In this document: positions 8,922 to 18,169 of the stretch, in pieces
How positions within the stretch are numbered: position 1 is the stretch's first letter
Layout of the letters: each line of letters begins with the position of its first letter
Assembly: GCA_963699755.1 (NCBI GenBank)
Contig: CAVOVB010000006.1
Coordinates: 1-64,000 of the forward strand
Length of the DNA stretch: 64,000 nt
Source of the DNA: an uncultured delta proteobacterium
Lineage (GTDB): Bacteria; Myxococcota_A; Polyangia; Polyangiales; Houyiibacteriaceae
Direction of reading: 5' to 3'
Program-made: the position numbers and the translations under genes
The notes under the pieces: model-generated
The model's database searches: none
What the model saw: the letters and a program-made list of their open reading frames with translations, nothing else
Told to the model about the DNA's origin: nothing

Positions 8922-9513
8922 GCACAGCTCGATTTGTCTCGCCGAGGGCGAGAAACCAAAGTTCCTGCGACCTAGCTTACCGAACCCAGAGCAACTTCTT
9001 CGGGGGCAAGACCAAGCCCGCGCGAGCCAAGGATCGCCTCATTCGGTGATGCCGGCAGATCGCGCTCGAGTCCCACGCCCTTACGCCGCGATTAGCGCCT
9101 CCATCGGCACCCCGAGATCCACCGGACAACGCTGTGCGTATCGGGCCACCGCAACTAGTAGCGGTGGCCGCTCTTTGGGAGCATCCGGATTCACCTGAGA
9201 TTTTATCGTTCCAATGATCAACAGTGGCGCAGACCAGGTCGAGTATCGGGGTAGGCGAGCGCGACGCCAAACGTCGAAACGAAACGATCGTGCGGTCGAC
9301 GAGGTTCTGAGGAGGCACAGGGCTCAACGCCGGCCCCCGATTGCGTTCGGGACGTGGGCGAACCCGGGGGACGTCAGGGGGACGTGGCGACCTGCAATGG
9401 AGTGAGAACATGTGACGAAGAGTGGACGTGGCCATGCGCGAAGCCCCTGGATATTGCTCGTAAACGACGAGAGTGGTTAGGGTTCTGCGCGACCGAAGGA
9501 ATGGGCCTCGACA

Positions 9514-9537
9514 GGTTCGAATCCCGCCCCCGGCACC
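9514..9537 (+). mobile_element. tRNA 3'-end fragment (probably tRNA-Leu), putative att site of an integrated island
   Basis: GGTTCGAATCCCGCCCCCGGCACC = T-loop TTCGAAT, T-stem 3' arm, acceptor 3' arm CCCCGGC, discriminator A and CC; no matching 5' half upstream. Confidence 0.75.
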
Positions 9538-9790
9538 TAGGCGTTCGCGTGGGGGCGGCGGGGTGGGGATGAAGGGTCCCGACGCCGCCTTAGCGTCGCC
9601 GTCGCTCCCCGCGCCCCATGCCGACCGTGCCAGTGCCAGTTCCAGCGTCCGCGGCGGTGCCAGTCTCGGCTACCGTGAACCATTCGGCTTCGCTGTGGCA
9701 TTAAGGTCACAGCCCCGCACAAGGGCTCACCTGATTCTACTCAATTCCAGTCGTCGTGCGCTTGGTGCAGTTCTTGCGATTCATCCCGGC

Positions 9791-10531
9791 ATGCGTTCAA
9801 TCTCTCTTGGCATCTTGGTCTTGTTCTTTGGCTGCTCCCCCTACGTGCACTCGCCCGCGGGCCGTACCTTCCCCCTGGAGGCTGCCAAGGCGCTCGACCC
9901 TCGCGAAACTGGCATTCAAGTGGAAGGCGGTGGCGGCTTCGGAGATGAGGTGGATCTCGGTGGGCTTACCGCACGGGTTCGGCATGGGCTCGTGAAGGGG
10001 CTCGATGGGAACTTCGAGACCGGGTTTCAGCGCTTCCGAATCAGCGGAAGCGACTACCAGATTTCGAATCGGAACATCTTCACCGCGCGCGTCGGCATGA
10101 AGTACGCGCCCATCGATCACGTCGCGCTGGTTGCGGGGCTTGCCGGTGGTGGCTGGACTGGTGGGGGGTTCATCAGCCCCGATGTGTCCCTCATCCTCGG
10201 TTACGAGAATCCGTATTGCGTGCCGTTCATCAGCGTTGGCGGATACTGGAGCATTCCCGTGCGCGAAAACATCGTCACCCTCGTGAACACGGGAGTTTCA
10301 GGTGATGATGACTACTTCGCGGCCCCAACCAACACCGTCGGTTGGACCGTAGGCACAGGGGTTCGCGTCCCCATCTCGCACGATAAAGATGGGAGCACCA
10401 AGAGCGCGTTCCTGGCCGGCATTCGCTTTCGTGGCGCGGCCTTCGACAACAGGCCACTCGGGAACCGGGACCACCGGACTTACTTCTACGGGTCGGGGGC
10501 GTTTGAGTACGTGTTCGGCCGCAGCCCGTAG
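9791..10531 (+). CDS. Lipoprotein with probable outer-membrane beta-barrel character
   Basis: MRSISLGILVLFFGC lipobox; alternating amphipathic strands; ends ...AFEYVFGRSP. Confidence 0.62.
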   Translation: MRSISLGILVLFFGCSPYVHSPAGRTFPLEAAKALDPRETGIQVEGGGGFGDEVDLGGLTARVRHGLVKGLDGNFETGFQRFRISGSDYQISNRNIFTARVGMKYAPIDHVALVAGLAGGGWTGGGFISPDVSLILGYENPYCVPFISVGGYWSIPVRENIVTLVNTGVSGDDDYFAAPTNTVGWTVGTGVRVPISHDKDGSTKSAFLAGIRFRGAAFDNRPLGNRDHRTYFYGSGAFEYVFGRSP

Positions 10532-10587
10532 CGCGATTCTGCCGAACCAGCGGGTCGCGTTTAAGATCCTAATATCCGATCTATGAT

Positions 10588-10639
10588 CGGAAGATCCCGG
10601 AAGATCCCGGAAGATCCGACCCACGGAAGATCCGACCCA
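10588..10639. repeat. Left REP-like array: CGGAAGATCC x4, two extended to AGATCCGACCCA
   Basis: Copies at 10588, 10598, 10608 and 10624. Confidence 0.8.
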
Positions 10640-10795
10640 GATTGGCGCAAACGTGGCGCGCCTGAGAGGATTGCTTCGTAGTTTCGTAGCGAGACGGCCA
10701 CCGTCGGCCATCCCGAAACCGACACCTCAGCGCCGCCAAGGCTCTGAAATCACGCGACCGCAAGTCGGCACGGCATTCGCTTGCATCGACGAGGT

Positions 10796-11713
10796 ATGAC
10801 GCGACCTCGCATCGTGGATTCGGGCGCCGTCCTGGCGCTCTCCCGACGGACGACGCGCCGTCACTTCCTCCTTCATCCGGACGAAGGGCGGCAGATGGAG
10901 CAAGTGTACTGGTATTGCCTGGCTTATGCAGCGAAGCTTCATGGCGTAGTGGTGCACGCCGCCTGCCTCATGTCGACCCACAGCCACGAGGTGATCACCG
11001 ATGTACGGGGCGAGTATCCCAAGTTTCTGCACACCTTGCACCGCCTCATCGCCTTGTGCACCAAAGCCTACCGCGGCTGGCCCGCTGAGGTCTTCGACAA
11101 GGAGAGCACCAGTGTGCACACGTTGCTGACGCCCGAAGCAATAATTGAGTCCATCGCCTACCTCATCGTGAATCCGGTTGAAGCAGGGGCCGTGCGTTAC
11201 GCTAGAGATTGGCCCGGGGCGCACACGCTTTCTAGTCATGTGGGAACACGCGTGATTCGGGTGAAGCGGCCCAAGCACTACTTCGACCCCGACAACGGGC
11301 AGTGGCCCGAGGAGCTCGAGCTTCGCATGGAGATGCCTGTGGTGCTCGAGCTGGGCTATGGACCGGAGCTTGCCCGTGAGCGCATCGCTGCGCGGGTGCG
11401 CGAAAAGCAACACCGGGCTTGGAACAATGCCAGGCGTAGCGGCGTTTCGTTCATCGGGCCGAGGCGTGTCCTGAAACTCCCGCACACTAAGCGCGCGAAG
11501 AGCTACGAAGTGTTTGCGAGTCTCAATCCGCAATTTGCCGCGGCGGGGAATCGAGCGGCGGCAACAGAAGCGGTAAAGCGGATTCGCGCATTTAATGCGC
11601 AGTATGCCAGAGCGCTGGCGGCTTGGACGGCCGGAGACCGAAGCGCGTGCTTCCCGCAGGGCACGTGGTGGATGCGGGTATGTCACGGAGCGCGCTGCGG
11701 ACCCGGGCCGTAG
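10796..11713 (+). mobile_element. RAYT-like (IS200/Y1 HUH) tyrosine transposase
   Basis: SRRTTRR.F; HUH motif LMSTHSH; catalytic Tyr motif AYLIVNPVEAG; DWPG. Confidence 0.85.
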
Positions 11714-11922
11714 AGGCTAGCTACAGCTTGAATGGATTTCGCGGCTGCTTGAGGAGGGCGGTGGTGGTCGATTGCGTGCGCCCGAGGCGATCCGCCGAAC
11801 GACAGAGGACATCGAGGAGCTTCTAGCCTCGAACTGTGGGGAATCAGGCTCCTCTTCCGATTTCAGCGCACACATCACCGTCTGCTTCGGCCTCACCGGG
11901 GGCCTGCCGCAGTCCCTTGCTA

Positions 11923-12022
11923 GCACCAACCACGGTCGGATCTGGGCCTGGATCTGGGCCTGGCTAGCACCAACCACGGTCGGATCTGGGCCTGGCACCA
12001 ACCACGGTCGGATCTGGGCCTG
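11923..12022. repeat. Right REP-like array: three exact 28-bp copies of GCACCAACCACGGTCGGATCTGGGCCTG
   Basis: Copies at 11923, 11967 and 11995, plus a partial copy at 11951; core GGTCGGATCT is the reverse complement of the left core AGATCCGACC. Confidence 0.88.
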
Positions 12023-12027
12023 CCGAC

Positions 12028-12270
12028 TTAGGCGGCGCGGGTGGCGTCGCCGATTTTGCCGGCTTCCTCGACGAAGAGGCGGCGTTCGGCGTTGACGAGC
12101 TCGAGCAGCTCCTTTTGATCGATCAGGCCGGCGTCGAGTAGGGCGCGCATGTAGCCGTCGGCGTAGCCTCGAGCTTGGGCGAGGGTCGCGTAGTTCGCCC
12201 CGCTGAAGCGGGTTTCGATCGTCTTTCGCACCAGGCCACGCAGGGTCCCCTTGAGCTCATCTAGATTCAT
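12028..12270 (-). CDS. Small hypothetical protein
   Basis: AGGAAGGA RBS; 80 aa helical protein with GYADGYMRALLDAG; last gene of a minus-strand run. Confidence 0.72.
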   Translation of the reverse strand: MNLDELKGTLRGLVRKTIETRFSGANYATLAQARGYADGYMRALLDAGLIDQKELLELVNAERRLFVEEAGKIGDATRAA

Positions 12271-12332
12271 AGCCGTTCCTTCCTAAAGCCGGAGTGTCGA
12301 TTTCGGGCGGCTAGGGTCAAGAAAACGACTGG

Positions 12333-13226
12333 CTAGAAGCAGGTTAGCTCTCGGAAGTCGTGGATTCGCTTCTCGAGGTGCTCGCGGCTCAGGTCCTGCA
12401 GCGCTCCGGTGCCAACATCTTGCACGCAGAAGGATGCTGTCGCGGAGCCGCAGATCACGGCCTGGCGAAGGTCGGTGTGACCGTTCTCCGCGAGGTATCC
12501 GAGGAAGCCGCCAGCGAACGAGTCGCCCGCGCCCGTGGGATCGGCGACCGCTTTGAGCGGGTAGGCCGGAGCACAGAAGATGTCTTCTTCGAGGAAGAGA
12601 AGCGCACCGTATTCGCCTCGCTTCACGATGACTGTTTCAGGACCAAAGGTACGCAAGGCCTCCGCGACAGCCAGAGGGTGGTGAAAGCCCGTGAGCTGTC
12701 GCGCCTCTTCCTCGTTGATCACGAGGATGTCGACACGCTTGAGGACCTCCTTGAGCGGATCGAGCGCAGTGTCGATCCAGAGGTTCATCGTGTCGGCGAT
12801 GACGAGCTTGGGATCGTCGATCTGGTCGAGGACGTGCAACTGCAGCTCCGGTGCGATGTTGCCGAGCATCACGAATTCCGAATCTCGGAACGACACCGGA
12901 ATCTTCGGGTTGAAATCCGCGAAGACGTTCAGATCCGTTCTGATCGTTTCACGCGACGTGAGGTCGTCGGTGTAGCGGCCTTCCCAATGGAACGTTTCCC
13001 CGTTCGCCACTTCTAGGCCGGTGGTGTCGATACCGTGGCCGCGGAGCATGTCGACCGCTTCTCGCGGGAAGTCCTTGCCGACGACACCGACCAGTCGGAC
13101 CGGCGCGAGCTGGCATGCGGCGAGAGAGGCGTAGGTCGCCGACCCTCCGATGACCCGATCATGCGACCCCAGATGATTGTGGATGGTGTCAAAAGCGACG
13201 GAACCGACGACGAGAAGCGAGGACAT
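12333..13226 (-). CDS. PfkB-family carbohydrate/nucleoside kinase
   Basis: VVGSVAFD, GGSATY, NEEEA, DPTGAGDSFAGG signature. Confidence 0.92.
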   Translation of the reverse strand: MSSLLVVGSVAFDTIHNHLGSHDRVIGGSATYASLAACQLAPVRLVGVVGKDFPREAVDMLRGHGIDTTGLEVANGETFHWEGRYTDDLTSRETIRTDLNVFADFNPKIPVSFRDSEFVMLGNIAPELQLHVLDQIDDPKLVIADTMNLWIDTALDPLKEVLKRVDILVINEEEARQLTGFHHPLAVAEALRTFGPETVIVKRGEYGALLFLEEDIFCAPAYPLKAVADPTGAGDSFAGGFLGYLAENGHTDLRQAVICGSATASFCVQDVGTGALQDLSREHLEKRIHDFRELTCF

Positions 13227-13234
13227 ATTGCCTT

Positions 13235-14107
13235 TCAGGGTACGTATTTGCGGATGAGGGGCCACAGCTTTTCACGCGCGGCCTCTGAAATCGAATCGGT
13301 CTCGGTGATGATCGCTCGGGCGAGCGCGGAGGTGGCTGGCTGTCCTGCGGGGTCAGGGACGCTTGAGGCCAGCTCGAGTATGATTTCCTGGGCTTTCGCC
13401 ACGTTTCGGTGCATCACCGCCACGACAGCTTCGACCGAAACCGCTTCGTGCATTTCATGCCAGCAGTCATAGTCGGTCACCATGGCCAGCGTCACATAGG
13501 GGAGCTCCGCCTCTCGCGCGAGGCGCGCTTCGGGGAGGTTGGTCATCCCGATCACCGACACGCCCCAGGACCGGTAGAGCTCAGATTCGGCATGTGTCGA
13601 GAACTGCGGGCCCTCAATGCAGAGATACGTGCCGCCCTGGTGCACAGTCGCGCCGGCTCGCTCCGCCGCGGCGCACAGAGCGTTCGCGAGCTGTGGGTCG
13701 ATCGGATCTGCAAATCCGACGTGCGCGACCACCCCGTCATCGTCGAAGAAGGTGTCGATCCGATGTCGCGTCCGGTCGATGAACTGGTCGACGATCACCA
13801 TGTCTCCCGGGTGAATGTCCTCTTTCATCGAGCCCACGGCCGACACGCTGAGAATTTGTTCCGCACCGGCCAACTTGAGCGCGAGGATGTTGGCCCGGTA
13901 GTTGACCTTGTGGGGCGCGAGCTCGTGCGCGGCGCCGTGTCGCGGAAGAAAGAGCAGTTTCGTGCTTCCAATCGCTCCAGCCATAATCGCTGAAGAAGGC
14001 GCTCCGAACGAAGTGCTCACCTCTAGTCGTTCCACGTTCGTCAGATGCTCGAGCTCGTAGAGCCCGCTTCCTCCGATGACCCCTAGCGTGCGTTGAATCT
14101 TGCTCAT
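13235..14107 (-). CDS. mtnP: S-methyl-5'-thioadenosine phosphorylase
   Basis: GVIGGSGLY, PRHG..H, EGPQFST, IGMT.LPEA, TDYDCW. Confidence 0.93.
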   Translation of the reverse strand: MSKIQRTLGVIGGSGLYELEHLTNVERLEVSTSFGAPSSAIMAGAIGSTKLLFLPRHGAAHELAPHKVNYRANILALKLAGAEQILSVSAVGSMKEDIHPGDMVIVDQFIDRTRHRIDTFFDDDGVVAHVGFADPIDPQLANALCAAAERAGATVHQGGTYLCIEGPQFSTHAESELYRSWGVSVIGMTNLPEARLAREAELPYVTLAMVTDYDCWHEMHEAVSVEAVVAVMHRNVAKAQEIILELASSVPDPAGQPATSALARAIITETDSISEAAREKLWPLIRKYVP

Positions 14108-14475
14108 CTGCTGTAGGCCTGGCGTCTAACGACAACCGTGTTGACCTCACCGTTGCGGAACAGGTCGAGCTGAACAGATGAGCCCACGGGACCACGCAAC
14201 CGCTCTACAATTGTCTGGTAGTCTAGCTCTCGCAAGGAAGTGCCATTGATTGCGATGATCACATCGTTTCGCTGGACGCCGGCGAGATCGGCTCCGCCGC
14301 CCGCAGGGACTTCGACGACGCGGAGCCCTCCGCCCTCCGAATAGGCGAGCTTGGCGTGGATCCCGCCGACCGGCTTGCCTGTTCCCGCGCCGCCGCAACC
14401 CATGAGCAGCAACGAGCTGGCGAGCGCGAGGGCGGCGACTGTGGGGGAATGCGGGCTCACTCTGGGCAGGGGCAT
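14104..14475 (-). CDS. PDZ-domain lipoprotein
   Basis: LLMGC lipobox; GGIHA..., AGV..NDVIIAING, LRGPVGSSVQL. Confidence 0.8.
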   Translation of the reverse strand: MPLPRVSPHSPTVAALALASSLLLMGCGGAGTGKPVGGIHAKLAYSEGGGLRVVEVPAGGGADLAGVQRNDVIIAINGTSLRELDYQTIVERLRGPVGSSVQLDLFRNGEVNTVVVRRQAYSR

Positions 14476-14593
14476 AGCCGGGTTCTTCGGGAGTGCAAAC
14501 GTTCACCGAGGCGAGATTGACAGCGGGCCTCGCCGGTGTACCCTCCTCTCAACTCCGCGAAACTTTGGGCGAAACTGCTATTGGGCCGACACG

Positions 14594-16075
14594 ATGTATA
14601 AGCTCGTCATCTCGGACGACGAAGGTCATACGACTGTCGTTCCGCTTCTGCGCGACGAAATCACGATCGGTCGACAAGATGGCAACAGCATTCGGCTGAC
14701 CGAGAGAAACGTTTCTCGCAGTCACGCCCGACTGCTGAAACGTAATGAAGCTTACATTATCGAGGATCTCGGCTCCTACAACGGCGTGATCGTCAACGGA
14801 GAGCGAATCGACGAAAAGGCCGAGCTGGCTGCCGGCGATCAGCTGGGCATCGGCGACTATGATCTCGAGCTTCAGTCCGATGTCGTGCCGGTCGCAAAGC
14901 CGATGCGTGTACCAAAGCCGAAGAGCGCGCCGCCTCCTAGGTTGGTCGTTCTGAGCGACCCGGCCGCCGGGGCGGAGTTCAGCCTGAACAAGCCCGCACT
15001 TCGAATCGGTCGCGACGAGCGCCTCGACATTTGGATCAATCACAAATCCATTTCGCACGAGCATGCCGAGGTTCAGTTGACAGACGGCGTGGTGAAGGTC
15101 TTCGATCTCGACAGCGCCAATGGTATGCGGGTCAACGGTGTGCCCGTGTCGCGCGCCGTGCTCGAAGCGGGCGATGTCCTCGAGCTCGGAAAGGTCCGCT
15201 TCCGTTTCGTCCCGGCGGAGGGATCGCGCAGCTTGAATCCACTTCCTCTCGAAGCGATTTTCACCGGGCCCACTCCGTCGTCGCGAATGCCGGTGATTGC
15301 GATGTCGGTGATTGGACTGCTCCTGGCGGCAACGGGCGGGGCGGTGTTGGTCACGATGCGCGAATCCTCCGGGCCGATGGCCGAAGCCGAGGCGCCCGCC
15401 GTCGCTGCCACGGTAGCACCCCGGCAAGTGGAGGCGGTGATTGCAGAAGATCTGGGCGTGGCAGATGACTCGGACACGCAAACGATGGACGAGCCCCAGG
15501 AATGGGAGGCAAGGCTTGTCCAAGCCCGGAAAGCGCTGGCGAACGGTGAGATCGACAGCGCCTTTGCGATCGCGAATGGCCTTCCGACGGACAGTGTGCT
15601 TCGCGAGACGCCGGAATTTGGCGAAATTCGCTACCGCTATGCGCAGGCCCACATCAGCGAGGGCGAGCTCGCAAGGCAAAAGGGGGACCTCGAGCAGGTT
15701 CGAAGCTCAGCCAAGATCGTGCTCGAGCTCGATGGAATCACCGCAAAACAGCGTTCGGATGCACAGCGTCTGATGAGAGGCGCTCGCGCTCCGAAGTCGA
15801 CCAGCAAACCCACGCCAAAGCTGGGTTCCACGGCAGATCCGAAGCGGGCCCTCGAGGAGGCCTACGCTTGCGTAGCTCGCGGAGACAATGCCTGCGTCAT
15901 TCGGGCCCTCGGCGGAGGCAAGGCGCGCAGCCCTGCCGCCCTGGCGCTGTTGATAGAGACCTACCGGGCTACGGACAACCTGGCGGCCGCCCGACGCCAC
16001 ATGAATCGGTTCGTCCAGCGGTATCCAGACAACCCGAGGACCCCAAAGTATCGGCAATTGTTGGCGGCCGAGTGA
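14594..16075 (+). CDS. Double FHA-domain membrane protein with C-terminal TPR-like region
   Basis: IGRQ...VSRSHA...S.NG and IGRD...ISHEHA...SANG; one TM helix; start MYKLVISDDEG. Confidence 0.88.
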   Translation: MYKLVISDDEGHTTVVPLLRDEITIGRQDGNSIRLTERNVSRSHARLLKRNEAYIIEDLGSYNGVIVNGERIDEKAELAAGDQLGIGDYDLELQSDVVPVAKPMRVPKPKSAPPPRLVVLSDPAAGAEFSLNKPALRIGRDERLDIWINHKSISHEHAEVQLTDGVVKVFDLDSANGMRVNGVPVSRAVLEAGDVLELGKVRFRFVPAEGSRSLNPLPLEAIFTGPTPSSRMPVIAMSVIGLLLAATGGAVLVTMRESSGPMAEAEAPAVAATVAPRQVEAVIAEDLGVADDSDTQTMDEPQEWEARLVQARKALANGEIDSAFAIANGLPTDSVLRETPEFGEIRYRYAQAHISEGELARQKGDLEQVRSSAKIVLELDGITAKQRSDAQRLMRGARAPKSTSKPTPKLGSTADPKRALEEAYACVARGDNACVIRALGGGKARSPAALALLIETYRATDNLAAARRHMNRFVQRYPDNPRTPKYRQLLAAE

Positions 16076-16131
16076 CGCAGAGGTGCAGAATCGTTGATTA
16101 ATGGGCTTCTCCCATGACAAACTGAGGCAGG

Positions 16132-18168
16132 GTGTTTGGGGGAACACAAGGTAGGTGGGGTTTGCCCGTCGGGTACGCGTGGGCGGCTGCGCTCGTTTTG
16201 GGGCTGTCCGCCCTGTCGAACGTCTCCGTGGCCCAAGTCGCGACCCTCAGCGATGGTGGCATGGACCTGCACCTCTTTCGTCCTGCCGTCGACTCGCGAG
16301 GGTACTTCAGCGTCAACGGTACCGAGGTCATGCCCCACAAGGATTTCAGCTTCGGGCTGGTCCTCGATGCGGGCTTCGGGATCCTTCGATACAACGGCTT
16401 CGTCAATGACCCTGACGGCGCAGCCGACACCGCCGGGCGTCAGAGCCGAATCGCAAAGCAGGCGTTCACCGGGACGTTCATGTTCAACATCGGTCTGGTT
16501 GATCGACTGGTCCTCGGCATCCAGCTTCCGATCACGTTCTTTCGGGGGGACGCGGTGCAGACGCCGCCGCTCGGGGGAGCCTGCACGCTTGGTGCGGGTT
16601 GTCTCTACAACAACCAGGCGGGCGGGCTGCGGTCACAAGGGGTCGGCGACCTCACGCTCCTGGTCAAAGCGCGTCTGCTGAACCTCGGCGAGTACCCAGC
16701 CGGCATCGCCGTGACTTTGCGCGCGGGATTCCCGACGGCCAAGACGACGCAGTTCGCCGGGGAGCCGGGCTATTCTCTTTGGCCCACGGCCGTGTTCGAG
16801 TTTCAGCCGATCGAAAAGATCCGGCTCGCATTCGAAGGCGGGTATCGCTGGATTTCGGGGCAGGGCGCCACCTTCATTTGGGACGGGCGTTCGGACCCTG
16901 CCGGGCTTGGCATCCCCACGGCCAACGCAGTGGATCCGGTCGACCAGGGTACGGGTCGTCAGTTCACCTATGACGACCTCATTACATTCGGGTTCGGCTC
17001 TGCCTTCCGCATCGCAAGCTCACTCGATTTCATCGTGGAGTTCTACGGCAGCCAAATCGCGCGTGAGATCGGGACCAAAGGCACCCTTTCGATGGAGGTT
17101 CTCGGCGGGTTCAAGTACTTCGTGACCAACAAAAGCTTCCTGTTCGTCGCGGCCGGTGCGGGGATTCCCAAGACCGGCTTTGAAGCGGCTGATGTTCGCG
17201 CAACGCTCGGAATCGTCTACGAACCAGCCGTCGGGGACCGCGACAAAGACGGGATCGCCGATGACGACGATGGCTGTCCGGACGAGGCGGAAGACAAGGA
17301 TGGCTTCGAAGACCGTGACGGCTGTCCGGATCTAGACAACGACGGCGACGGAATCCTCGATGTGGATGACGCATGCCCCTTGGTCAAAGAGGACTACGAC
17401 GGCGACCGCGACGAGGATGGCTGCCCGGAGGGCAGGGAGGGGGATCGCGACGGGGACGGGATTCCCGATACGGTCGACGACTGTCCGGACGAGCCGGAGG
17501 ACTACGACGGCTTCCAGGACGAGGATGGCTGCCCGGACCTCGACAATGACGGCGATGGTATTCCGGACGAGAAGGATCTCTGTCCGAACGATCCGGAAGA
17601 CTACGACGGCTTCCAAGACGAGGATGGCTGCCCCGACCTCGACAACGACAGCGATCGGATTCTGGATGTCGATGACGCCTGTCCCAATGATCCGGAAACC
17701 TACAACGGCCACGAAGACGAGGACGGCTGCCCAGACAAGGGCCTGGTGATCCTAGAAGATACGCAGATCACGATTCTCGAGAAGGTCTACTTCGAGACGG
17801 ATAGCGCGATCATCAAGCCGCGCAGCTTCCCGCTGCTCGATGCGGTCGCCGCGACGCTGAATGCCAGCCCGCAGATCACGCTGGTAGAGATTCAGGGCCA
17901 TGCGGACGAAAGAGGCAGCGACGACTACAACATCAAGCTCACGCGGGCTCGGGCCGCCTCGGTCATGAACGCCTTGATCGAGCGTGGGGTACTCAAGCAG
18001 CGGCTGAGGTCCGGCGGGTACGGCGAGCGATGCCCGGTCGACCCCAAGCACAACGCGACGGCCTGGGAGAGAAACCGCCGCGTCGAGTTCAAGATCATCG
18101 AAACCGACGCCGGTCCCACGGGAGTTGAGGTAACATGCCCGCGGGGCCGTTCGCTGGTGCCGAGGTGA
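16132..18168 (+). CDS. OmpA-family protein with N-terminal beta-barrel and thrombospondin type 3 repeats (TraB-like architecture)
   Basis: Signal peptide; barrel-like N-domain; repeated DxDGDGIxDxxDxCPxxPEDxDGFxDxDGCP; OmpA motifs YFETDS, IQGHAD, RARAASV, NRRVEF. Confidence 0.9.
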   Translation: MFGGTQGRWGLPVGYAWAAALVLGLSALSNVSVAQVATLSDGGMDLHLFRPAVDSRGYFSVNGTEVMPHKDFSFGLVLDAGFGILRYNGFVNDPDGAADTAGRQSRIAKQAFTGTFMFNIGLVDRLVLGIQLPITFFRGDAVQTPPLGGACTLGAGCLYNNQAGGLRSQGVGDLTLLVKARLLNLGEYPAGIAVTLRAGFPTAKTTQFAGEPGYSLWPTAVFEFQPIEKIRLAFEGGYRWISGQGATFIWDGRSDPAGLGIPTANAVDPVDQGTGRQFTYDDLITFGFGSAFRIASSLDFIVEFYGSQIAREIGTKGTLSMEVLGGFKYFVTNKSFLFVAAGAGIPKTGFEAADVRATLGIVYEPAVGDRDKDGIADDDDGCPDEAEDKDGFEDRDGCPDLDNDGDGILDVDDACPLVKEDYDGDRDEDGCPEGREGDRDGDGIPDTVDDCPDEPEDYDGFQDEDGCPDLDNDGDGIPDEKDLCPNDPEDYDGFQDEDGCPDLDNDSDRILDVDDACPNDPETYNGHEDEDGCPDKGLVILEDTQITILEKVYFETDSAIIKPRSFPLLDAVAATLNASPQITLVEIQGHADERGSDDYNIKLTRARAASVMNALIERGVLKQRLRSGGYGERCPVDPKHNATAWERNRRVEFKIIETDAGPTGVEVTCPRGRSLVPR

Positions 18169-18169
18169 C

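Noticed and set aside
8940..9340. Integrase remnant next to the att-like site
   Set aside because: No R-H-R-Y tyrosine recombinase motifs recognisable in the translations.
9450..9540. Intact tRNA gene
   Set aside because: No acceptor 5' strand, D-arm or anticodon arm, and the T-stem 5' arm is mismatched; only a 3' fragment.
11923..12022. 28-bp repeats as a CRISPR array
   Set aside because: Copies are adjacent or separated only by a partial repeat; no unique spacers and no cas genes.
17230..17740. Internal DNA repeats as DGR template/variable repeats
   Set aside because: They encode TSP3 calcium-binding repeats; no reverse transcriptase and no adenine-specific pattern noticed.
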